A DNA stretch of 64,000 bases from Candidatus Poribacteria bacterium (GTDB taxonomy: Bacteria > Poribacteria > WGA-4E > PCPOR2b): positions 5,728,001 through 5,792,000 of the forward strand of contig OZ244587.1 of NCBI GenBank assembly GCA_965218095.1, read 5' to 3'. This document shows, one piece after another, positions 1 to 9,356 of this stretch. Under the pieces are notes generated by a model, which was given only the letters and a program-made list of their open reading frames with translations, was not told where the DNA came from and searched no databases. A program made the position numbers and the translations under genes. The first letter of the stretch is position 1; each line of letters opens with the position of its first letter.

Positions 1-1688
1 CGGTTGGCATCCCACGGTCGGACAAGATTTTCGACAATCACTTTGAACCCGTGAATGTCACAATGGATCTGCTCCTGATTTGAATCAACAAGAATGAGAT
101 TTTGTAATTGAATTTCGCTCGATCCGAGGGCTTTCGCCCGAAATGAGGCACCGAACAGGATACCGTTGCCGCTTACCCCACCGGCGCCGGTTTTGGCAGC
201 GATGACGTTTTTGTATATCCCATTTTTCTGGTCTGGCGGCTCTGTCGGTTGCTGCCCGAATCCAGATTCTCCAAAGATATTTCGGAACTTGGTGACAGTC
301 ACAAATGTAAGTACATCAGGGTCTGTCCATCGGAGATCGAACTGAAACCCTCTCAAGTCGATGACGGACTCGATGGAAACATCGACGGTAAACTCCTCTC
401 CTAAGTTGACCCGTCGAATCGGCGGTACTATCCTGACCACGCAACTTGGGACTCGGAAAGTCCCGACTTCAGACCACTCACTGACCCCACCGAAGCTGCC
501 GGTACGAACACGCCACCAATAGCTGGGGACATTGTTCTCAGCCTCGAAGGAGGTTGAGTTAACGGTGACAGCGAACCGCGTATTTGATGCGGTAAAATCC
601 GAATCGCTAGAAATTTCGACATCATAGTAGACTGAACTTTCAACGGCTTCCCATCTCAAGGTGACTTGCGGGGCTTCGACGAGCAGTCCCCCTTGTGGCT
701 CAAGGAGCGCCGGCTTTGGATGGCTCGAATCCCAGACAGTAATCGTTCCGGCAGCCGCCCCTACGACTGCGAGTTGGGGGCGAGTCGGGCTGAAAGACAG
801 ATCCTGTGCGATTTGCGTATCGAAAGATCGGAGTTCAGAATGGGTCGGGACATCCCACAATTTGAGGGTATTGTCAGTCGGTGAGTTCAGCAGACCAACG
901 GCGAGGGTTCGCCCATCAGGATTAAAGCGAACTGACAAAACCTGACGGTCATAGGTCGCAAACGGCTCCGTCTCCCCGATAGCGTCGGCGGGTTCTGCTG
1001 GATGGATGTTCCAGAGTCGGACAGTTCCATCCCTTGCTCCCGACGTGATTACGTTGCCATCGGGATGGAACGCAACAGACAGAACCCCTTGTGTATGTCC
1101 AACCAAGCTATGGAGGTGCGAGCTGTCTGAGGCGTCCCAAAGGCGAACGGTGCCGTCTTCTGATCCGGAGGCGACCATGCTGCCATCTGGACTGAATGCA
1201 ACCGACCAGACAACGTCTATATGCTCTTCAAAGGTGGCCAGAAGTTCACCGGCGTCGGCCTCCCATAGCTTGAGCGTCCGATCTCGCGCGCCAGAAACAA
1301 TGCGTCTTCCATCGGGACTAAAATCGACAGACGTGACCTGCCCAACGTGCCCCTCGAACACACGGATTTCTCGTTCCTCCGGCACGTCCCACAAACGAAC
1401 TGTCCCATCAACAGACGCCGATGCCAGATCGCCGTTAAGACGAAAAGCGAGGTCTTTGATTTTTCCTTTGTGCCCGGTGAGGGTGTAAATCGGTTCATTG
1501 GCACCGGCATCCCAGATGAGAATTTCATTTGCACCACCGGAGGCGAGCCACCTCCCATCAAGGCTGAACGCAACCGCAAGTACGCGTCCGGTATGTCCAA
1601 ACAAAAATTGGTGAGGGAGTTCAGCGTAACTGTTTGCGCATAAGACAACAACGATAAAGATTGGAAATAGTGCAATCAGGCGTTTCAT
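1..1688 (-). CDS. Secreted WD40-repeat protein with cohesin domain and start of a dockerin-like repeat (runs off the left edge)
   Basis: Manual translation from ATG 1688 (GGGGGA SD): MKRLIALFPIFIVVVLCANSYAE signal peptide. WD40 repeats (GHVGQVTSVDFSPDGRRIVSGARDRTLKLWE), cohesin-like GEEFTVDVSIESVIDLRGFQFDLRW...SGNGIL, and PWDANR at the edge. Absent from the ORF track because it has no stop inside the window. Confidence 0.85.
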   Translation of the reverse strand, partial: MKRLIALFPIFIVVVLCANSYAELPHQFLFGHTGRVLAVAFSLDGRWLASGGANEILIWDAGANEPIYTLTGHKGKIKDLAFRLNGDLASASVDGTVRLWDVPEEREIRVFEGHVGQVTSVDFSPDGRRIVSGARDRTLKLWEADAGELLATFEEHIDVVWSVAFSPDGSMVASGSEDGTVRLWDASDSSHLHSLVGHTQGVLSVAFHPDGNVITSGARDGTVRLWNIHPAEPADAIGETEPFATYDRQVLSVRFNPDGRTLAVGLLNSPTDNTLKLWDVPTHSELRSFDTQIAQDLSFSPTRPQLAVVGAAAGTITVWDSSHPKPALLEPQGGLLVEAPQVTLRWEAVESSVYYDVEISSDSDFTASNTRFAVTVNSTSFEAENNVPSYWWRVRTGSFGGVSEWSEVGTFRVPSCVVRIVPPIRRVNLGEEFTVDVSIESVIDLRGFQFDLRWTDPDVLTFVTVTKFRNIFGESGFGQQPTEPPDQKNGIYKNVIAAKTGAGGVSGNGILFGASFRAKALGSSEIQLQNLILVDSNQEQIHCDIHGFKVIVENLVRPWDAN

Positions 1689-2062
1689 GACCATCCCCCG
1701 GAAACGTAAAACGTGAAAACTCGGATTTTAAGGAATGCACAATTTATGCCAATACAAACTGTCAACCGTAAAATGTGTCAATGAGTAAATGCCGGCAGAT
1801 TACCGCGTGATGCGAAAAGCGTGGCACATTAACGATGTCGTCTTCCTCTGTAATGTCTGGATTGGTGTGAAATTCGTCCGTCAGCACGTTCAGCAGACCG
1901 ATAAGGGCCGACTTTGCCCGTAATCTTGCCACCGGCGATGATCGGGACGGCATGTCCTTCGGCAAGACCGATACGATGGCTGTAAAAGAGGAGCAATAGG
2001 GGAGATCGGCGAAAACTAGCACGTGGGATACCGAAATCAAACAACCCTGCTCCTTCTAACTG

Positions 2063-2142
2063 AAGAACCGTGCGCTCGGAAACGCAGCACGCACGGTTCG
2101 GACAGGGGGCAAGGGAGAAGCAATCCGCTTGCGCCACCCTAC
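2063..2142 (+). ncRNA. Group II intron 3' remnant (domains V-VI), no RT ORF
   Basis: GAACCGTGCGCTCGGAAACGCAGCACGCACGGTTCGG...GCCACCCTAC matches the DV hairpin (GAAA loop, AC bulge) and the DVI/3' end consensus. Confidence 0.75.
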
Positions 2143-2183
2143 AACTCTGGACTTAAATCCGTAATCGAGGCCGTTTGAGACAC

Positions 2184-3101
2184 CTAGACAACGAGCCCAC
2201 TGAATAATCTCGGATAATCGCCCACCTTCTGCCAACTCGTCCCCCGGTCATGAGTTTCATATAAAGCAGTGTTGTCCACAATTACCAGCGCATGCGCCTC
2301 ATTGACGATGATAATTTGAAAAGTGTCGATGTTCTCGCCGATGTGTTCCGGGAGGCCGCTCACCAACGCCCAGTTTTTTCCGGCATCTTCGCTCCGGTAA
2401 AGCAGGGCATCTACACCGCTGTGCGGACCGCGTGATGTAGAAACCAGATAGGTATCGCGTTCAGGGAAACAGGCACACGCCCGTTGATAATAGTAGGGCA
2501 TCCCATCTCGCTGGTGGGTAAATGTTTCGCCGCGGTCTCGACTGAGATAAAACCCCCTGGCGGTGGCAGCGAAAACAATCCTAGGATCGGATGGATGCGC
2601 GGCGACCTGATGCACATCCATCTCCAACCTCTCCTGAAGATTTTGCCAGGTCTTCCCGTTGTCCCGCGAACGGACAATCCAGCCGACATGAATGTTCGCG
2701 TAGATTGTTCCATCCGTGGAGACCGCCAAAGAACGTACATCCGGAGGACCGCCCCAGGGCGTTTTCCAGAGATTGCGTTCCGGCACCGCGTCAAAACTGT
2801 CGATGAAGTTTAGCTCCCCATCGGCGACACACGCCAGACGGGCACATTCAGTACCCACCAGCAGTCGCTCATTGGGCGTACAGCAGATGCAGTTCAGTGT
2901 GACGTCCGTTGAGACTGCTTGATTCCACGTCCCCCCTGCAAACGTCCACACATCGTGGTTGTTGGTGATGACGGCTAACCTGTCCTGACCCGCATCTCCT
3001 GCGATGACCGACGTGGGGTGAAATGGAACATCGTGGATTGGCTCGCTACTGAGGTCTAAGATGCCTTTTTCTGAGAGTAGCCAAACTGTCTCTTGACTCA
3101 T
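2184..3101 (-). CDS. BNR/Asp-box beta-propeller protein (WD40/YVTN/BNR-like, glycosyl hydrolase-like)
   Basis: Repeated SxDxGxTW Asp-box motifs (RSRDNGKTW, SRDRGETF, RSEDAGKNW, THDRGTSW); DVHQVAAHP; SD aaggag. Confidence 0.8.
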   Translation of the reverse strand: MSQETVWLLSEKGILDLSSEPIHDVPFHPTSVIAGDAGQDRLAVITNNHDVWTFAGGTWNQAVSTDVTLNCICCTPNERLLVGTECARLACVADGELNFIDSFDAVPERNLWKTPWGGPPDVRSLAVSTDGTIYANIHVGWIVRSRDNGKTWQNLQERLEMDVHQVAAHPSDPRIVFAATARGFYLSRDRGETFTHQRDGMPYYYQRACACFPERDTYLVSTSRGPHSGVDALLYRSEDAGKNWALVSGLPEHIGENIDTFQIIIVNEAHALVIVDNTALYETHDRGTSWQKVGDYPRLFSGLVV

Positions 3102-3232
3102 GGGAAACGCTCCTTTCTTGAAAGTGCTCTGTTAATTTTAGAACACGGATCTCCAAGATTAGCAGATTACATAGATATTGTAACCCCATCGGATCAGAAT
3201 GACAACAACTTTTACGCATCTCGTTTTTTTTC

Positions 3233-3260
3233 TTGACCCAGATTCGTATATGCGTATAAT
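3233..3260 (+). promoter_or_regulatory. Putative sigma70 promoter
   Basis: TTGACC-16nt-TATAAT upstream of the enolase-family pseudogene. Confidence 0.5.
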
Positions 3261-3314
3261 CAAAGCCACACAGAAAAGTATCGTCCAAAACCATATTCAT
3301 CAAGTGGGGAGGAA

Positions 3315-3978
3315 ATGCCAGTGAAGATCACCTGTGTAGAGCCTATTAGTCATCAGACATCCGGTCGGACCATCGGAAAAAAGCATCACCCGAGATTGGA
3401 CAAATGTGCTTGTCCACACCAACGACGGTTTGACCGGCATCGGTCGAGGGGGAAACGCCCAACCGATCTCTCGTGAACTCGCACCCGTCCTCATCGGCCA
3501 GGGCCCACGGCGGATCGCTCTGCTCTGGGAGCGGGTGTGGCGGCTTCTAGGTGGTTACAGGGACACCATCCCCGCCTATGCCGATGGCATCGGTCATCTG
3601 GACCAGTCTCCAGAGGAAGTCGCGGCAGAGGTGAAAGAGCACGCTGGCTTGGGCTTTGATGCCATCAAACTCCACTTTAACAGGGGCGAGCCCCAGGAGG
3701 TTCTGGATAAGGTGCATGGTTCCAGGGAAGTCCTGGGTCCCGATAAGAAGCTGATGATTGATGTGTCCCGAGCCTGGTCCGGTAAAGTTGCAGTGGAGAC
3801 CGTCCAACGGCTAGAGCCCTACAACCTGTATTGGATAGAGGAGCCGGTACGCCACGACGATGAGCCTTTCTACATGCGGATGGTACAGGAGGCAACCAGC
3901 GCCATGGTCGCTGGAGCGGAGGGCGAGGGAACCTTCTACGGGGTCAGGGGACTGATTAACGAGGGCGCCCTCCAACTA
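3315..3978 (+). pseudogene. Mandelate racemase/muconate lactonizing enzyme family, frameshifted and truncated by IS5
   Basis: TNDGLTGIG, GFDAIKLH, LMIDVSRAW, LYWIEEPV and GAEGE motifs. N-terminal frameshift after ATG 3315; the frame runs into the IS end at 3979. Confidence 0.8.
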
Positions 3979-4813
3979 GGTTCTGTTGACATTTCAAGGG
4001 AGCCATATAAGAGTGGCGACAAAGCTGAGAAATCCAAAATAACGGACAGCTAGCTTCTCAAACCGAGAGAAGATACGACGATACCATTTTATCTTGTTGA
4101 TGAAACATTCAACCCGATGTCTCTCTTTGTAGATGCCTCTCTTTGTATAAGCGTTTGTCATACGTTCTTTGGTCAACACGATGACTTTTTGGCGGTATCA
4201 CCGCAATCGCTCCATTCGCCTCAATAACCGCGATAAAAGCGTCCGAATCGTACCCCTTGTCTCCAATCACATATTCACTGTTATATCCGATTATCAACCC
4301 TTCTGCCTCAGTTATGTCATGTCTCTCCGGGTGTCAGATGAATTCTTAGGGGATTGCCTAGTCCGTCAACTGTGATGTGATTTTTTGTACTGAAACCGCC
4401 CCGAGAGCGACCTAATGCTTGGTTTTCAGTGCCACCCTTTTTTTTAAGGCGCCAGCTTTTTAAGGCGCCCGCCGCACACGGGTGAGCGCGGCAGATGGTA
4501 CTGTCCACAATAAGCGACTCGATATCGGGGTCAGAGGCGAAGTGGGGGTGCATCTGTGTGAAGATACCTTTGTCGCACCATCGAGCAAACCGCTTGTAGC
4601 GGGTGTTCCATTTGCCATAGGTGTCTGGTAGAAGTCTCCATTGAGCCCCGCTACGAGTCACCCACAGGACGGCTTCGACGAAGCGGCGTGTAGCAGAGAT
4701 GGTGGGACAGCTTAGAAGAAACCGGTATATCTTATTCCATTGGTCATCAGGTAAGGTTATTGGCGTCATTCTTCTATTATGCCACAACCTTATACTCAAA
4801 TGTCAACAGAACC
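3979..4813 (-). mobile_element. IS5-family element copy 1 (two-ORF transposase, degenerate)
   Basis: 16-bp TIRs GGTTCTGTTGACATTT / AAATGTCAACAGAACC flanked by TA. SGAQWRLLP, GRSRGGFSTK, GDKGYDSD and RHRVECFINKIK motifs. Small deletions and duplications relative to copy 3. Confidence 0.92.
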
Positions 4814-5688
4814 TAGTACAAACAAGACCACTTTCAATTCAAATCCCTGTCGCGTCACCGCATGGATACAACGCGGAAGCAGTCTCTCAATCAAACTTCC
4901 AGCCGTCTCAACAGACTTACGATAGTAATTAGCCAAATAGGTCTCCCATGGCGGATATGCTCGTTTTGAATGCTTCTTGCGTATTGGCTTCAATTCCACT
5001 TCAACTGCTGCAACAATATCTTCTATCTCATAGTTATTGTACGCTTTGTCGCCGTAGACCCGGCTGCCCGGTGGCAAGTCGAAGTCAAACCACTGTAAGC
5101 CTTCGACGTCTCCTGTGCTCGCTGGGGTCACAAAAAATTCAACGGGGTGTTGGGCGGCGGTCACCAGCAGATGAACCTTCAAGCCGTAGAAATACCGATG
5201 TTTGGACGCTTGATAGCCTCGAAATGCCTCATCTGTGTGGGTTTTTGACCGATGAATGCGAATATTGTCACAGTATCCAGCGCATACAACTTCTGTTGAT
5301 TGAGTTGCACAAAACTTTGTGCCAAGATTTTGAACAGTGTAATGAACATCGGTTTCATTCGATGAAGTCGTCGATTGAATCGACTCTTTGAGAGCATATT
5401 TGGTATATAGCCATGAGTTTGAAGAAAATCGCGAGCCGTTTGGAAGTTGGCATCGAAAAAGAGAGCAGCAACGACAGCGGTGGTCATAACTTCGGCGTCA
5501 GACATCTGAGTTTGTGGATTGAGTTTTGGGTTGAATGCTTCTAAGAGTGGGTTGAATGCTTCTAAGAGCTTGTCACACAGATAGAAAACGGTTACAATTT
5601 GGATGTCCATGGGTTTCTCCTTTGAGGTTATTGAGGTTATGGTTGAACACCTCAACTTTAACGGAAAACCCATGGATTTGCAATAGGT
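4814..5688 (-). mobile_element. IS982-family element, frameshifted/deleted transposase, 3' end cut by IS5
   Basis: MSDAEVMTTAVVAALFF, MLSKSRFNRRLH, KVHLLV, YGDKAY and IHAVTRQGFELKVVLFVL. ATG at 5610; ACC-initiated end near 5688. Confidence 0.85.
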
Positions 5689-5689
5689 A

Positions 5690-6473
5690 GGACGTGTTGA
5701 CATTTATGGCATAATAACGATATGTCAACACTTCCCTTATCCGATAATCAATGGTCAAAAATAGCAGCATTCCTGCAAACCTGTTCCGATGTCTACACCG
5801 GACAGCAAGCGAACTTAAAACGTTTTGTCCAAGCAGTGCTTTGGATAACTTGTAGTGGTAGTCAATGGCGACTCCTACCAAAAGAGTACGGCAGTTGGAA
5901 CAGCGTCTATAAACGATTCGCTCGCTGGTGCGATAAAGGCATCTTCCAACGGTTGCATCAACACTTTGTCAACGACCCAGATATGGTGACAGTACCATCA
6001 TCCACGCTCACCCCTGTGCTGCAGGGGCTTTGAAAACAAGTGGTGGTCAAGCCTCACAGGCACTCGGACGTAGTGCGGGTGGATTTTCAACCAAAATTCA
6101 CATCACGGTTGATGGCTTAGGCAATCCATTACGTTTTGCGCTGACGGCTGGACAACGCCACGCCATGACTTGTGCGGAAGGGTATAGCAGTGAGTATGTG
6201 ATAGCCGACTCAGCGTATGACGCGGATTCATTGGTGCAGTTGGTAACCCGTATGGGTGCAGAGCTAGTGATTCGTCCCCGTATCAACCGCCGTGAGTCAC
6301 GAGACTATGATACGCATCTGTACCGAGAGAGACATCGGGTGGAATGCTTCATCAACAAAATCAAGCACTATAGGTGTATCTTCAGTCGTTTTGATAAGTT
6401 GGCGGGTCGCTATTTGGGGTTTCTGAGTTTCGTTGCTGCGATTATCTGGTTACGATGAAATGTCAACAGAACC
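5690..6473 (+). mobile_element. IS5-family element copy 2 (diverged relative)
   Basis: TIRs GGACGTGTTGACATTT / AAATGTCAACAGAACC flanked by TA. ORFs 5722..6033 and 6030..6458 carry IS5 motifs and internal deletions. Confidence 0.9.
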
Positions 6474-7579
6474 TACTCAGAGAAACGCTTTTTAATCTCG
6501 CCATCTTCAGAAAATTTGAGCGCCGTTCCCGCTTTGATTAGCTCGCCCTTAGGGGATTTCCAGTCCTTCGCTAAAGTTGCTCGACGGAGATGACCATTTT
6601 CAAAGTATTCCACCCGAGTACCCGCCTTCAACGAAAGACCATCGGGTGACTGCCAATCTCGATCGAGCATCAGGCTGACGACTTGCCCATTTTCAGTGTA
6701 GAAAATCGGCGTATTCGCTCTCGCCCAGGTCCCATCAGAAAACTCTCGGTCTTCAGGAAACACGGCGAACTTTGGATTGCCGTTTTCATAAGATTCCAGG
6801 ATGTGGGGTTTCCCATACTTTTTTAGCAAGACCTTAAAAACTTGGTCAGAGGGGAAAGCCTTTTCCTCGTCCCGATACTTTTCTAAGAGGGACATCCATG
6901 TTTCTGACGTCGCATTCGCTAAAGGGAAATCGGCATCAGATCGTTCAATGAAAGGAATTAAATCAGGATTTTCTTCCAAAATCTTTGACAGCCAATCGAA
7001 ACTTAATGGGGTTAAAACTAACGAGGTATCGTCCGGGTCAATTTGGACTTTATACACAACGTGAACTGGGCTCCAATGCAACATTGACCAGAACGTGAAC
7101 GTGGTATTTGCGAGAAGATTCGCATCGTTAGCTAGCGCGTCTTCATCGTTCCCGTCATCAAAAAGATCCGTATTAAAATTTGCCATGACGACGTCAGCGA
7201 AGAGTGCATCTTCTATCTGAAAAAAGTTGGTACGAGCTACAGAGACTTGCCTGTTTTCATCGAAGATTTTTATTCTGCTGTCCTCAAAAATCCACGGCTT
7301 TACACTCATTGGTGAAACGTCATCGTCAAGAATCATAAAAGCAAGCCATTCTCCTTCGAGTTGCAGAAGTTCAACGACGGCTTCTTCTGTGTAGAAGGGG
7401 TTTAACGACTGCACAGAACTATCAATGCAGCCTGCGAATATACTGGATAAAAAAACGAGTAGGCAAAGATATAGCTTTGCAGCAGAGGTTGCCGAATTCA
7501 CCGCAGAAACGAAGCGGATCGACCACACTGCCGAAGTAACTTGAAAGACTCGCCAACTCGTGTGGTTTTCTCTGTTCAT
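6473..7579 (-). CDS. Hypothetical probable lipoprotein with C-terminal short repeats
   Basis: 368-aa ORF with SD gaggag; LSSIFAGC lipobox-like; SLNPFYT; repeated Y.ENG..../DW.SP.G..KAGT units. Confidence 0.6.
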   Translation of the reverse strand: MNRENHTSWRVFQVTSAVWSIRFVSAVNSATSAAKLYLCLLVFLSSIFAGCIDSSVQSLNPFYTEEAVVELLQLEGEWLAFMILDDDVSPMSVKPWIFEDSRIKIFDENRQVSVARTNFFQIEDALFADVVMANFNTDLFDDGNDEDALANDANLLANTTFTFWSMLHWSPVHVVYKVQIDPDDTSLVLTPLSFDWLSKILEENPDLIPFIERSDADFPLANATSETWMSLLEKYRDEEKAFPSDQVFKVLLKKYGKPHILESYENGNPKFAVFPEDREFSDGTWARANTPIFYTENGQVVSLMLDRDWQSPDGLSLKAGTRVEYFENGHLRRATLAKDWKSPKGELIKAGTALKFSEDGEIKKRFSE

Positions 7580-7897
7580 AATCGATACTCCTCAGCCATC
7601 CTGATGAAATAGTTAGTTTCTCTCCATCGAGAGTTGGAAACGTTACCAGTAGTGTCGCACGGCGTAAGTTTCTCCTCGGTTCCGTACAATTCTCCAGTTG
7701 AAGGAATGTTTGGAGAATTCACCAAAAACCAAAGGATTTGCCAATGGATATTATCTCACAAGTGAACACAGCAATGCAAACAATATTGACAACTGTTGCC
7801 GATGCCGCCGCTCGTACGACTGGCTGTGGTGAAATAACACTCATGGCGGACGAGACAATCCACGAATAACAAAAAAGGAGAAGCCGAATGACAACCG

Positions 7898-8498
7898 GAA
7901 ATCCTACGCAACGTCCACAATCACCGAGCATCAGGGAAAGAAGCAGCTAATCAGCCCCGCGGCCGAAGTCACAATCGCCTACGAGCCGAAAACGGGTGCG
8001 GAACTCTGGCACGTGCGCCATGAAGGCTGGGGGTGGAACGTGGCATGCCGTCCGATTTTTGAACACAATCTCGTCTATTTCACCACTAGCGTTGCCAAAC
8101 GACTGTTGGCCGTGCAGCCTTCAGAGACCGGTGATGTGACCGATACGCACATCGTCTGGAGGGTTTGCAAGGGGACGCCCGAAATATCATCGCCACTGAT
8201 TGTGGATGAACTCATATTCTTTACGAATGATGTCGGCGTGGTATCTTGTCTGGAGGCGGAGAGCGGGCGGGTGGTTTGGAAAGGACGGATCGGCGGGAAC
8301 CACTGGGCGTCTCCCCTGTATGCCGACGGAAAGATCTATTTTTTTAGCCAAAAGGGAAAGGTGCCGGTGATTTCAGCAACACAAATATTCAAATTGCTTA
8401 CCGAAAACAAGTTCGACGCAGGCTTCATCGCATCCCCGGCGGTTGCTGGCAATGCCATGATCCTGCGAACGCGCACTCACCTTTACTCCATCGAGTGA
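7898..8498 (+). pseudogene. PQQ-like (BamB-type) beta-propeller C-terminal fragment
   Basis: AYEPKTGAELW, GDVTDTHIVW, ASPLYADGKIY, ASPAVAGNAMILRTRTHLY; no N-terminal half. Confidence 0.75.
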
Positions 8499-8736
8499 CT
8501 TGGAAGCGTTGGCTACCAAATTGAAGACGGCTGTAGCCAGCAGTAAAATGGCTAAAAAAGAAGTGTATGCCAAGTACGAAAAGGCGGCTACAGAGACGAG
8601 ATCACTCGCGCCGCTGAAACAACCGACTTCCTGATTACTAAGGAATATAGGCGTTTCGAGGAATTTTGTCATACCTGCTGTCGTGATCGCTATATTGGAA
8701 TCTGTTGAAAAAAACTGAGGTGTTCATTTTCTCCTT

Positions 8737-8971
8737 GATGATTTCACCGACCAAGAAGCGGTTGCTACAGTCATTCGTGTCACAGCAGGTAACTTCCGTC
8801 TACTACAGCGCTTGTTCAGTCAAATCAAACGCATTCTCAAACTCAATGACCTGACAGCCATTACCAAGGAAGTCGTCGAAGCCGCACGAGAGTGTCTGAT
8901 CATTGAAACAACCTAGAACGCCAAATAATTCTAAAAATATCGCGCTATTTATAACTTACTTAAAATTTACA
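8737..8971 (+). mobile_element. Remnant of a TniB/TnsC-like transposon ATPase 3' end plus a putative ...ACA transposon end
   Basis: DDFTDQEAVATVIRVTAGNFRLLQRLFSQIKRILKLND...VVEAARECLII* (stop 8916), followed by an AT-rich tract ending in ACA at 8971. Confidence 0.55.
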
Positions 8972-9047
8972 GCAGACCAACAAAAAACCTCCCGATGACT
9001 TTGAGCCATGGGAGGTATACACTGTCCAGAAGACCATCAGCCGATTA

Positions 9048-9078
9048 GGTTCTGTTGACATTTGAGTGTAACAGAACC
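9048..9078. mobile_element. 31-bp ends-only derivative of the IS5 element
   Basis: TA-GGTTCTGTTGACATTTGAGT-GTAACAGAACC-TA; the left 20 nt are identical to the copy 3 left end. Confidence 0.8.
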
Positions 9079-9084
9079 TAAACT

Positions 9085-9285
9085 GTGTCAAAAAAAGTAA
9101 AACATCAAAGCATCGAAGCGATATGGCAATCAAAGGCTTATGGATATCCGCTTGCTGATGTCTGTGCGGCTCATGGTGTTTCTCGACAGACGTTTTACCA
9201 ATATCAGAAACATCAGGCCAACAAGCGGTTCAAACAAGAGATCGTGCTTCAGCTGGTTTCTCAAGTGCGTACACGACAACAGTGA
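9085..9285 (+). pseudogene. IS3-like transposase N-terminal fragment
   Basis: LADVCAAHGVSRQTFYQY HTH followed by IVLQLVSQVR; truncated. Confidence 0.5.
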
Positions 9286-9356
9286 GATTGTTGGTGTAAC
9301 CACATGTTTCTTGTGAAATCACAGCTATCTACACTCGATGACTCAATAAAGTGGAG

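Noticed and set aside
661-1675. ORF-track ORFs over the WD40 gene, and similar shadow ORFs (e.g. 43099..44226, 52947..53777, 49702..50394)
   Set aside because: These are antisense or alternate-frame shadows of well-supported genes.
1762-2040. Possible SDR fragment (AKSALIGLLNVLTDEF)
   Set aside because: A single weak motif, with no Rossmann or YxxxK motif to support it.
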